From: Phoronis australis
Lineage: Eukaryota; Animalia; Phoronida
Reading direction: 5' to 3'
NCBI GenBank assembly: GCA_002633005.1
Contig: NMRA01000343.1
Span: 248,001 to 312,000 of the forward strand
DNA: 64,000 nt
Shown here: positions 54,301-64,000 of the stretch, piece after piece
Layout: every line of letters begins with the position of its first letter
How positions within the stretch are numbered: the first letter of the stretch is position 1
Position numbers and translations under genes: made by a program
The notes under the pieces: model-generated
Database searches by the model: none
What the model was told of the DNA's origin: nothing
What the model saw: only the letters and a program-made list of their open reading frames with translations

Positions 54301-57300
54301 TGAAATTATTTTTACGCCAACGAAGTGCATAGCACTCTTAAAATTGATTTTAGAATTTTGTTAGCTTCACAAATTTTGCACGGTTTCACTTTTAGAGGAA
54401 AAAGCATTAACAAATGGTTGATGTGACAAAATTAGTCTCCCTAGACTTTGAAGTAGTTGATTTCATCTTATCCCTGTAACTTTTAAAGCATGTCATATTT
54501 TGTGACAAGGTACAAAATTTTGGTTACAAGTCGCATGCAATTAGGTATTTAATTGTGTGTTCATATTAATTTTCATCTTGATAACTAGACAATGTTAAAT
54601 TAGTACATGTATCATGTTGTTTCATTTATACCATTACTTGAGGTTACTATTAATTTCTTTTTGTTGTGATTGTTAAGCTCTATCTAATTAAGTACGTTCG
54701 GTTATAATGGCTTTAATATTAATAAATAAGACACTTCACAACCTGACATTATCCATTGTTTTTTTATACTGCTTGCTGTGAGCCACTCCAACCAATAGTG
54801 GTCCTCGTAGTATAGCAGTGTTCACTGCAGAAACAGTCTAGACGGGTGTTGCAAAGCTCATGCACATAATGGCCGTGTCGGTAGTCTGGAAGATTACTTG
54901 TAATGCACACGATTTGTTTGAAATTCAACAGATGTCGCTAAGTGTGAACTCATAGCTCAACTCGTTTTACGCTTGTCTGCTGATTTAGCACCTCTTAGAA
55001 CTTTAGTCGTGTTTATTAGAAGTGCCAGTATTAACTCTTCTCCCAATACTAAGTTTGATTTTTACCACTTGTTCCTAAGTCGTGTTGAAGGTGAATTTTG
55101 GGTTTGGGGAGAAAAAACAAATATTGTTCAAGACCAAGCTGTATAAGTTTGGGCCGTCACATCGTCTCATTTTATGTGCTGTGGGTGGTCTTATGTAATA
55201 ACAAACTGTCGACTCTTTCCAAATGCAGGGATCACTTTTCGTCTGAATTTATAGAGTAAATTGAGAATTGAAACCAATTTATAGGTGTAAGTCATCAAAA
55301 TCACGTAGCTTCTTTCAGTTCTTTGATGGAATACGTGTTCTCCACATCTTTACTGCTTCAGACAAACATTTTGGTTTTGTACCAGAGCTTAGAAACAGTT
55401 TTAAACCAGATTGGTTTGTGCTGTTATTAGTACTTAATAGTCACTGTAGGGGTCCCAGAGTTTGAGAATCAGTTTTCTCCAGTGAATTAGCAGCGTCAAA
55501 CTGATTCTCAAAATCCAGGACCCCTTAAGTGACTATTGTCCTCATTGCCTGGTTATTTCTTATTTGAATTCTCTGGTTGAAGTCTGGCACAAATGGTGAG
55601 GTAGCAAAGAACTGTAAAGTATACAGAGCTGACTCTTCATTTACCATACTTTCACTACAACTGGTCCAAACTGTGTAAATTAGGAAGTCCAATGTTCTCC
55701 ACAACAAAAAATTAAATTCAACTGGAACTACAAAATTCGTATACGTGTTCGAAAGTCCATGTCCATTCTGCGGGGAGTTGGTGTGTTAAGTAAATCTTGG
55801 AATTAATGCATTGAATTGGTGTATGAAATTCAACATGTTTTAATTTGCTTGGAAAATGACTGATCTCCCAAAACTTCAAACTTGTTGCATAGGTTTTTAG
55901 ATTTAGGTAATCCAAACTTGTCATGACAGAATTCAAACTTTATGCAATGGTGAGTTGAAACAAGTCGTGGAGAATACTGGGAATGCTAATTTGGTGTATA
56001 AAAACAAAAAAAGCAAAACAAAGAGTTTCGTAAAAAACGTAAACAAAAACCATGGTTATCAAACATTTTGCTGCATGGCGTTTTTAAGTACGAATTGTGT
56101 CAAGGCAAAGGCATTGCATCAGAAACCACAGTGTTTGCATAAATAAGGAAGCTGATGCCCAACTGGTAATAGTTAGCACTTGTAGCTGAGCTGATTGGTT
56201 TGGGTTTGAGATACACATGAACAAAGAGGGTTAGTTGACGCCGCTGAGGAAGGTGATGGGGTAAAAGTTCTCCAATTTGAGACTGGAAAATTAATTATTG
56301 ATCGAAGTTTGTCCCAAATTCTAGAAATAGGTAATATTGGCTGTCCCAAATTCAAGAATTACCAGAAAGACACCAAAATTACCCACTCTGTAGATAGAAA
56401 ATGCATTATCCAAAATTTGAGAAACTGATAACGCCAAAATTGCCCTTGTCCCAAATTCCAGAATGGAGAAAATTCAACTTTTCTGTCCCAAAATCTAGAG
56501 ACTTTCCCAAAAATGGAAAGTTTTTACTGTAGAGGTGCAAATTGCCCCAGCTGAAATATAGATGTCTTATGTCACACCAACACACAATCTATCCTAGAAC
56601 AACTTGTACTGGTGATTCACCACTTTTAAGCAGAGCGTTCACACACACATACACAACTAGGGTAAGGCAGAAGTTGTCGTTCTGTGCGTGACAATGAACA
56701 CCTACTGCCAATATGGCACGCAAGAGAAAACCCGTCTGTATGCAACTACAGCTGATAATTATTTCTGGTCTACCCCTGTTTTGCAGCCACACAGCGATTG
56801 TAAGTGGCGCAAGTGACCCTAGAACAAGTTACCCCACCTCGATAATGTGGAGCAAGCTGTCACAAATGGGGCGTGTTGGGTTAGTTTAAAAAGCGTCATA
56901 TAGTGGTGTTGTGCACAAGTTAGCTTCTTGCTCAGTATGTGACCAGAGACTCTGTGTGTATTCTAGACGATGACGGAGAGGCCCAGACCGTGCCTGTGTC
57001 CCATCGAATCGCCCAAAGTATGCGCGTGGATCCTCGCAATGTACAGATGATGAAGGCGTCATTCTTTGGGAGCGATGACGAAAATGAAACGGACAATGCT
57101 GGGCTAGGTATGGAAAGAAATTTTACTGACATGTTTTCAGTTTGGCCTGTTTAGCTGGCTGAAGGATGATCATTGAATTAAATAAATCTTTTAAAATGAT
57201 AAAATCGGTCGCAAAATGTTCCTTACCATGTTTCAGTCATTTGTTATCCTTAATAAAATTTAAAACGTACTAACTACCCGGGCAATGAGTCATTGTGCCA

Positions 57301-60300
57301 TGTCTCCACACAACAGGTGGTGTGCGTGTGCTGCCCCAGCGACCCCTGTTGCCGAAGCCTCCAGTTACTCCACAGTCGCCAGCGAGACCTGCGGAGAAGT
57401 CTGCACTCAACCGCAGCCTACTCGGCTCATTGCTGAAACCACAATACGTCAGTCCACTACCGCTAGTAGAGGAACGTGCTCGACAACCATCGCCTGGTGA
57501 GTGTCATGCTCATATGGTTGTTACAGACTTCTGCCAAGGGATGTATAAGACTGCTGAGAAACTGCAATGTGATTTATTCCTAGTTTTATGACTTGGTTCC
57601 CCGTGGTGTGTTTAATGAATGGGGATCAATCGTAATAATCTGCTAACATTGGGAGATTCGCTATCTAAGTTATTTTTTGTTACCCATTAGTTAACGTAAA
57701 TTTGTTAATATCTGGTCAAGTTTATCGCATGTTGCATTTATATTGGATTGACTATTAATGCCAGGTTTGTAATGGAAATACATTTAGATATTCTTCATTT
57801 TCACTCATTACAGTGTTTACCATCCTTTTTGTTGGCATACTTTACAACATGGGTTACACACAGTGTATTTACAGAACAGCCCCAAAATGTAAATCTTATA
57901 TAAAACATTTCATACTGAGAAAATCCGATAAGTGAAATTCTTTTTTGACTTTCTTTGTTGATTATTTTCACACATCTGTTGAGTACAGTTGTAAACAAAA
58001 TGCTCAAACATTTTGCTAAAGTCCCCTCCCCTTCACAACTTTGAAGACCTTGTAGGACGATCAGTGTAAGTCGTTACAGTTTGGGTTACATAACGATTTT
58101 CATATGATTTTCGCAGTGGTGTTTGAGCCGAGGATGAAGGAGGTAGCTGTCCCTCGCAGCCTTATGCAGCCGCCACCGATGGAGCATCAAATAATTCCCA
58201 GCGGAATGACCAGGACCGAGCGTCCGCGGAGGGTTGTAGGGTCCCGCACACAGAAGCTCTTGCCAGAATTCTCCAAGTCGCTTATGTACAACAAACAGCA
58301 CATGATCATGGATGCGGGATTGTTCATGGGTCGGTCTTTCAGGATCGGCTGGGGCCCGAACTGGACACTTGCGCACTCTGGTGGGCCGTTGTATGCACAG
58401 AAAACTAGTAAGCGTTCACTTTGTTCCATCTGCCTGAAGATTAATGAATTCTCCATTTGTGCTTTCTGTCCAATAATTTTGTTTGTTTTAATGTGTGCTA
58501 ACTAAACACTAAAAGGATTTATAGAGTTATTGTTTCGTTGAAAAATGTATCTATTTGTTTAAGTGGCCATCCACTCACGTGGTAGTATTTAGTTTTGTGA
58601 TTCTTTTTTTAATAGGGACACTGGAGTATTAATTCTTTATTTCCATAATGTTTTACATTATTTCCTAAATCATTGCTAAAAAATATGTATTTCCCATTCT
58701 TAAGGGCTCCTCAGTCAATCCAGTGGTGAATTCCATTTTGTACTTGACCATCGTGAGTTGAAATTCTGCCTTAGGATCTACTGTCCAATCTCACCCTAAG
58801 TATTTTTCATTTCCGAACTACACTCCATTATTCAGATATGACACTCAATAGATTGTATTAATCTTTTCAGATGTCCCAGGCACGGGTGGGTTCTCCTTAT
58901 TGCCAGGGTACACCCAGCGGAGAACTAAGCAATTGTCTCCATTCAATGTTGTACAACAAAGAGTGGACACTAACTCTTCACCTTCTGATGATGAAGTAGT
59001 AAAGGTACTTAGAACAATATGGTGAACTTGTGCGAGTCTCTTAAACATTGGCAGTTTTGCCAGAATGTAATGCGCGTGTTGTGGGTTTCAGCCCGCACCA
59101 GCGTAGTGCTTGAAGGATTTTCATGAAATTTAACAGATGTGCTCCTATTGAGGTGATCACCTTTGAGGTAGTTTTTCAGGCGATTGCCTTTACTGCGGCA
59201 CCCTCTAGTGACAAATTTACCTTTTGTTTGCACTTCAATAGCTATCAAGTTCCTTAATGGATCTTTATGAAATTGACGTATGTGTTCCAGTTGAGGAGGG
59301 TACACCTGATGTCCGCTATGTCTTCTCCGAGTGCAATTTTAGTTTTTTTTTGCTTCTACCAAGTTCCTTGATAGATGTTTGCAAAATTTGACAGAAAAGT
59401 TTCTATCAAGGAGATGACAGCATTTGCTTTGTTTCAGATGGATTTGACTTCGCTAATGTTTCTAGGGGCCTTTTCATTTTTTACATGACACTCAAATACA
59501 TCCCCAGAAGCCTACAGTTTGCAGTGCAGTCGTGGGTGCATTTCTATGCTTTACATTGTTTTTTTAAGGCTACCTGTGAGGCCAACCTGACTATTCAACT
59601 GAAACATTCAGAGAGCACCCTTCAAGATGGCTGCCCTGTGTTTGCTACGACCCCTGGTGTTGATGCTTTACACGATTATGCTGAGAACGCTCAAAAACAG
59701 TTGGAGTTTTTACCTCCAGGTAAGTTTAGAATGAGAAAAAAGTAAATTGTTTCAAAAGAGGAAGTCATTGGTTAAAGTGAGGCGTTCTTTAAGCATTGTC
59801 GTCAGAGTGTGTGTATATGGTCGTGCAGTTGGCTCATAAATTTAACATCCAGAATGCAACATTGAATTATTTGCCTAAATTTGTTCCATTCTTTTCACAG
59901 TGCATTGCTCTGTTAGTATCGGTAGAATTGTGATTGCTTTCGTTAAGAAAGATGTGTTTTGTACACCCATCCATCTTGTCAGTGCTCTCAAACTTTGTAA
60001 TGGAATACAGCTTGTGTCAGGTTAAAAGAACTTACTTTGGTCTGTGGCTGTTGTCAAAGTGCAAGTTAATCGTATATAGCAACTGAAATTCCCAATATTG
60101 CTAGAGAAATATGACAAAGGCGAAAATTACCAGTGTCACAAATTTCAGAATTGGGTTGGATTTTGGTGTTCCAAATTTAAGAGGTTATCCCAAATTGGAG
60201 AATTTTGAGCAACAGTAAAGTATCCCGAATTAATCAGAAATGCCTTAAAAACGATAACATCTCACTTCAATCACAATGTTCTTTTAATATGGTTTAGTGT

Positions 60301-63300
60301 GGGAAACAGCAATGTATAGTGACGAATGCTGAAAACCAGAGGCGCATTTGTACAATGGGCAAGAGCCTGGGATCTAAACTTTGTTACTTGAGATCAAACG
60401 CCAAAATTATCTTTAAGATTTTCGATTCTACTTATAAGGTACAAACCCAAGGTAAATGTCTAATATACTGTACTCAAGAATAGTATGGTTATGTGAATGA
60501 CTTTCTTATCCCACTTAGCACTTGAGGAGCCCAGCATTTAAGTTATAAATTTTAGTCTAACCTCAAAAGTTTTTACTCGATTTTTTGGTGGAATCTGGGT
60601 GCTGTCAAGTGGACGAGGCACTCATTTGCGAGAACCATATTATACTCGAGCACATAATAATTAATGCCTGTTGTGAGTTCTTATTAAAGAACAAAAAAAT
60701 GTTAATGAGCTCAGTTCCAAGTACAAAGATTTGAAAAACCTAATACGTTGAAACCATTGTCACTCAAACATCTAATTAAATTTCAAGTGCAATATATAAT
60801 ACTGAAGATTCGATATAGTGTCTGTGATTCCAGTTTACTAAATGGCACATTATCTTTGCGGGAAGTGCTTCTGCTCAGAACTCGTAGTTGAACAAGTCGC
60901 CTGAAGATGGCATCTTTGCAGTATACATATCATGCATTGTCATTATCTGCCATTTCAGATACTCTGTCCGGGCTCTGCCGACAACATCACCTAGTCTGGA
61001 GCCTGTGTTGTGCCCTCTGGGGGCGACTGCCACAAGATGAATTAGAGGAACGTAAGTACACTCGTACTGGCTGTTAAGCTTATTTTGTTGAGAATAAATG
61101 AGGTGTTTCTTGACATTTCTGTGTTTGAACTCTCGAATATCACTCCCATTTAATTTAAATTTGTCTAGTTTTTAAAAAATCTTTTAAAGCGGCAATAAAG
61201 AAAGTGCTTTTCTGTCTTCATTATTCAAGTACATTTATGCCCATAAGAGAACACTGTACTCTTTCGTATATGAGGCACTGCATTGACCGAAAAATATAAA
61301 AAATGTGATTAGGCGAGATTTGGTGAGATTTCTATTTCATCTGGTGCACAACATAGTTCGTCAGGCCACTTGTTGTTATAACTAAAACTCCCGTAATCAA
61401 GTACTGGTGACAAACATGTCGGCAAACAGTTATCAATTTGTTACTGAACTTGTATAGGTTAGAGAAGTGGAAAATTAGTCAGCCCGACCCGCATGGTGTC
61501 AAGGTGATGTCCTCTTCTAGCAAAAGACATCTGTCTCGCTAAAACAGAAAATCACCATGACGACGCGCGTGCTAGGTTCATGAGATAGATAATTGAGTGC
61601 ACGATTAGACACTTTCTTTGCACGGTCTAGTGATATGAGCAAGATGATTCAGGCTAGTGTTGGCATATGTGGTGCTCAGTAATGTGGTTCTCAAAGCTGT
61701 CATGAAGTATGTAATATAAATAATTGCAGTGGAAGAGGGCAGTTATGCTCATCAGCAAGCGAGAAGGGAGGCGGTTTCATCGTGGCTGGAAGAAAGTAGT
61801 CGAGACGCTATTAAACAAGAAATACAAGCAGCCCAACTGAAGGTATGTAAAATACTTTTCATTTGTCAATTCACCTTGTTGCTCATTTCTTGTTTGCCTT
61901 TCTTGTATTATCTAAATCTTTTGGTTTAGCAACTGAGCAAAGCAGCAGCTGACACCGTGCACTCATGCATGCAGTGTAGTCTTGTAGGCTCATCGTGGGT
62001 CATGCATTTCTCTCCTTGGNGTGCTTTTCTGTCTTCATTATTCAAGTACATTTATGCCCATAAGAGAACACTGTACTCTTTCGTATATGAAAAATATAAA
62101 AAACGTGATTAGGCGAGATTTGGTGAGACTTCTATCTCATCTGGTGCACAACATAGTTCGTCAGGCCACTTGTTGTTATAACTAAAACTCCCGTAATCAA
62201 GTACTGGTGACAAACATGTCGGCAAACAGTTATCAATTTTTTACTGAACTTGTATAGGTTAGAGAAGTGGAAAATTAGTCAGCCCGACCCGCATGGTGTC
62301 AAGGTGATGTCCTCTTCTAGCAAAAGACATCTCTCTCGCTAAAACAGAAAATCACCATGACGACGCGCGTGCTAGGTTCATGAGATAGATAATTGAGTGC
62401 ACGATTAGAGACTTTCTTTGCACGGTCTAGTGATATGAGCAAGATGATTCAGGCTAGTGTTGGCATATGTAATGCTCAGTAATGTGCTTCTCAAAGCTGT
62501 CATGAAGTATGTTATATAAATAATTGCAGTGGAAGAGGGCAGTTATGCTCATCAGCAAGCGAGAAGGGAGGCGGTTTCATCGTGGCTGGAAGAAAGTAGT
62601 CGAGACACTATTAAACAAGAAATACAAGCGGCCCAACTGAAGGTATGTAAAATACTTTTCATTTGTCAATTCACCTTGTTGCTCATTTCTTGTTTGCCTT
62701 TCTTGTATTATCTAAATCTTTTGGTTTAGCAACTGAGCAAAGCAGCAGCTGACACCGTGCACTCATGCATGCAGTGTAGTCTTGTAGGCTCATCGTGGGT
62801 CATGCATTTCTCTCCTTGGTGGCATTGTCACCGTGTGGTCAATATTTGCCTTGTTCTGGAGAATAGTAAACTTAATGTTTGATATGAAGCATCAGGTCCC
62901 TTATTCATTTAGGGAAAGATTCGTGTGCCTTCTGATTGTGGAATTTTTGGTTGAGAGGAATTAACCTCCTGCAGTCACTACCAAATCCAATCCAGTCACC
63001 ATTTTGCAGAAGTAGTTCATAAGTTATGGGGAATTTTTGCATGTGAAGAGAGGAATTTTGTGTGATTTTGAATATTTTTAACAAGGGGATAGGTCGGTTA
63101 TTCGGATCCAAAATCTGTGTATCAAGGCTCTGAACTTGTGAATCAACAGAGCTGAGTTTGTGATACTGAGAATTTCTCGAATGGTGATATTTTGAGTGAT
63201 ATCTGGACAACTCAAGCTGAGGGCTGTTCCAGTAAAATCCATGTGGGAGGGGGGGACGGCAGTAGAAATAAAAATTCATGGGTGGTGGTCTTCAGAAAAA

Positions 63301-63797
63301 AACTCAAATTATCCGTGGTCGTTCCTGAAAGAAGTGATGCATTAAAAATGGGTGGTATTTTTGACCTGTTAATGTTGCCAGGTTGGTTACAGCCAGTGAA
63401 GAGAGTGCAATAGGTTCGCCATTAATCAAGTCATGGGNGGCATGATGAGGTGTGGCTAATGACTGACTAGTCACTCCATCTGGTGAGTATGATGCGTGTG
63501 GAATTATTGGGTGTGGCTAATGACTGACTAGTCACTCCATCTAGTGAGTATGCTGAAAGAATTGGTCAAAGTGATTGAATTGGAGTTTCACATATGATTA
63601 CCCTATGTGTCGATTTTTGCTGAACAAATCATTTTACTGGTTCAATTTCTCTCGTCACAGGTGGATTGTTATATCTCTGCAGACCGACTGAAGGTTTATT
63701 GTTTGCTAGGCGGGGCACTCACCTGGCAGGCATCGGACAAGTTCATTAACACCTGTCTTCATCTGGACTGGAAGAGGGCGCTAGCTGTACACCTTTG
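39327..63797 (+). CDS. NUP98: Nuclear pore complex protein Nup98-Nup96 precursor (gene span; 3' end beyond the window)
   Basis: 28 GT-AG exons, phase-consistent from the ATG to 61842. FG/SLFG/GLFG repeats, GLEBS motif, autoprotease domain, HF|S site at residues 854/855 of my model, and the Nup96 motif [11 protein letters not shown]. Confidence 0.97.
39807..39992 (+). CDS. NUP98: Nup98-96 coding exon 2 (FG repeats)
   Basis: TTTCAG acceptor, GTGAGT donor; [11 protein letters not shown]...SLFG. Confidence 0.93.
40445..40546 (+). CDS. NUP98: Nup98-96 coding exon 3 (FG/GLFG)
   Basis: [33 protein letters not shown]; phase 1-1. Confidence 0.9.
41160..41276 (+). CDS. NUP98: Nup98-96 coding exon 4 (FG repeats)
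   Basis: [15 protein letters not shown]...NLFG; CAG acceptor and GTAAGT donor; phase 1-1. Confidence 0.92.
42544..42695 (+). CDS. NUP98: Nup98-96 coding exon 5 (GLEBS, Rae1-binding)
   Basis: [43 protein letters not shown]. Confidence 0.97.
43506..43662 (+). CDS. NUP98: Nup98-96 coding exon 6 (end of GLEBS, FG)
   Basis: [14 protein letters not shown]...; phase 0-1. Confidence 0.96.
44028..44197 (+). CDS. NUP98: Nup98-96 coding exon 7 (FG)
   Basis: [10 protein letters not shown]...KSLFG...NSIK; phase 1-0. Confidence 0.92.
45038..45139 (+). CDS. NUP98: Nup98-96 coding exon 8 (FG)
   Basis: [11 protein letters not shown]...GSGTNT; phase 0-0. Confidence 0.92.
45423..45606 (+). CDS. NUP98: Nup98-96 coding exon 9 (FG)
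   Basis: [12 protein letters not shown]...GFSFG...SLFGG; phase 0-1. Confidence 0.92.
46150..46296 (+). CDS. NUP98: Nup98-96 coding exon 10 (FG/GLFG)
   Basis: [16 protein letters not shown]...GLFGA; phase 1-1. Confidence 0.92.
46603..46837. mobile_element. PIF/Harbinger-like MITE in a Nup98 intron
   Basis: Ends GGGCCTGTTC and GAACGGGCCC, flanked by CAG at 46600-46602 and 46838-46840. Confidence 0.65.
46936..47105 (+). CDS. NUP98: Nup98-96 coding exon 11
   Basis: Conserved [11 protein letters not shown]; phase 1-0. Confidence 0.95.
47778..47930 (+). CDS. NUP98: Nup98-96 coding exon 12
   Basis: [13 protein letters not shown]...YK...PKVKAKPL; phase 0-0. Confidence 0.94.
48545..48756 (+). CDS. 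NUP98: Nup98-96 coding exon 13
   Basis: SQLFEGLEE...[13 protein letters not shown]; phase 0-2. Confidence 0.94.
49158..49238 (+). CDS. NUP98: Nup98-96 coding exon 14
   Basis: TTGTAG acceptor and GTAATC donor, open, phase 2-2; poorly conserved linker. Confidence 0.8.
49578..49686 (+). CDS. NUP98: Nup98-96 coding exon 15
   Basis: [11 protein letters not shown]...; phase 2-0. Confidence 0.9.
50113..50323 (+). CDS. NUP98: Nup98-96 coding exon 16 (start of autoprotease domain)
   Basis: [22 protein letters not shown]...[13 protein letters not shown]...NLDEI. Confidence 0.97.
50772..50911 (+). CDS. NUP98: Nup98-96 coding exon 17 (autoprotease domain)
   Basis: [35 protein letters not shown]. Confidence 0.97.
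51320..51433 (+). CDS. NUP98: Nup98-96 coding exon 18 (autoprotease domain)
   Basis: SPDRL...[17 protein letters not shown]. Confidence 0.97.
51767..51880 (+). CDS. NUP98: Nup98-96 coding exon 19 with the HF|S autocleavage site (codons 51773-51781)
   Basis: [16 protein letters not shown]. Confidence 0.98.
52333..52540 (+). CDS. NUP98: Nup98-96 coding exon 20 (reads on to TAG at 52567-52569 if unspliced)
   Basis: KQKIQLTNG...DDEMP; donor CAG|GTAGTT, phase 1. Confidence 0.9.
55449..55524. mobile_element. 76-bp near-palindromic MITE (family B)
   Basis: GGGGTCCCAGAGTTTGAGAATCAGTTT and AAACTGATTCTCAAAATCCAGGACCCC are inverted with 3 mismatches. Related copies or arms lie at 9261-9289, 11048-11081, 37207-37280 and 38539-38587. 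Confidence 0.75.
56260..56531. mobile_element. Decayed MITE with GTAAAAGTTCTCCAATTT...TTTTTACTGTA ends
   Basis: Imperfect inverted ends and internal GTCCCAAA(A/T)T repeats. Related right ends occur near 43290-43306 and 60195-60217. Confidence 0.5.
56967..57107 (+). CDS. NUP98: Nup98-96 coding exon 21 (Nup96 part)
   Basis: [25 protein letters not shown]; phase 1-1. Confidence 0.94.
57317..57496 (+). CDS. NUP98: Nup98-96 coding exon 22
   Basis: Pro-rich linker; ACAG acceptor and GTGAGT donor; phase 1-1. Confidence 0.88.
58117..58407 (+). CDS. NUP98: Nup98-96 coding exon 23
   Basis: [25 protein letters not shown], a Nup96 signature; phase 1-1. Confidence 0.96.
58871..59004 (+). CDS. NUP98: Nup98-96 coding exon 24
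   Basis: GFSLLP...[10 protein letters not shown]; phase 1-0. Confidence 0.88.
59569..59719 (+). CDS. NUP98: Nup98-96 coding exon 25
   Basis: LTIQLKHS...CPVF...GVDALHDYA; phase 0-1. Confidence 0.93.
60959..61051 (+). CDS. NUP98: Nup98-96 coding exon 26
   Basis: [13 protein letters not shown]; phase 1-1. Confidence 0.94.
61204..62819. repeat. 0.8-kb tandem duplication across the N at 62020 (probable haplotype duplication); repeats exon 27 at 62530-62642
   Basis: 61204-62019 and 62021-62819 are near-identical with a few SNPs and one indel of about 17 bp, joined at a single N. Confidence 0.9.
61730..61842 (+). CDS. NUP98: Nup98-96 coding exon 27 (second copy at 62530-62642)
   Basis: [15 protein letters not shown]; phase 1-0. 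Confidence 0.93.
63449..63552. repeat. Two copies of a 43-bp unit next to the gap at 63438
   Basis: GGTGTGGCTAATGACTGACTAGTCACTCCATCT(G/A)GTGAGTATG occurs twice. Confidence 0.85.
63661..63797 (+). CDS. NUP98: Nup98-96 exon in the Nup96 helical domain (last exon seen)
   Basis: [11 protein letters not shown]....[18 protein letters not shown]; donor TG|GTGAGT. Confidence 0.95.
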
Positions 63798-64000
63798 GTG
63801 AGTGAAGTAGTGCTGTTGTACAGCTGCTATGAGAAGACTAGTCACCTAAATGTGACCATTACCTCTTGGTAACAACTTGGTTAGAAAATTAACTTCGTCT
63901 CTGCAAGCAAAAGTTTGTTAAAATTTGTGCTTCATTAATTAAATGCCTTTTCCTGATAAGTGTGACCTCAAGCGCTCTTTGTGTGTCTACTAGATGCGCA

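Noticed and set aside
63442-63556. C/D snoRNA candidate (ATGATGA...CTGA)
   Set aside because: No terminal stem or recognisable rRNA guide; the interior is a tandem duplication beside an assembly gap.

Overview
Eukaryotic, intron-rich, AT-rich genomic DNA. The repeat content suggests a marine invertebrate, but I cannot identify the species. It is a gapped assembly with single N placeholders at 3590, 24410, 28894, 62020 and 63438. Genes: (1) the first coding exon of a STARD10/PCTP-like START lipid-transfer gene on the minus strand (11180-11335), with the rest probably left of the window; (2) a complete 3-exon, 299-aa type I membrane protein (20085-22977, +) with a signal peptide, a His/Asp-rich segment and a TMEM145/GPR180-type luminal domain, but one TM helix instead of seven; (3) a degenerate spliced gene at about 26.9-28.5 kb; (4) the Nup98-Nup96 polyprotein gene (+, ATG at 39327, continuing past the window end), for which I traced 28 coding exons with FG repeats, GLEBS, the autoprotease domain and the HF|S cleavage site. 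The rest is mobile DNA: nested TA-target TIR elements, two AcademX-like XPG-nuclease remnants (one inside a 3.3-kb foldback-like element abutting the Nup98 promoter), a LINE fragment and several MITE families. Two tandem duplications straddle N gaps and look like assembly artefacts. I found no convincing wholly new system. The best leads are the single-pass TMEM145-domain protein, a probable Nup98-only isoform, an NF-kB/Grainyhead site cluster in a Nup98 intron, and repeat families shared by two first introns.
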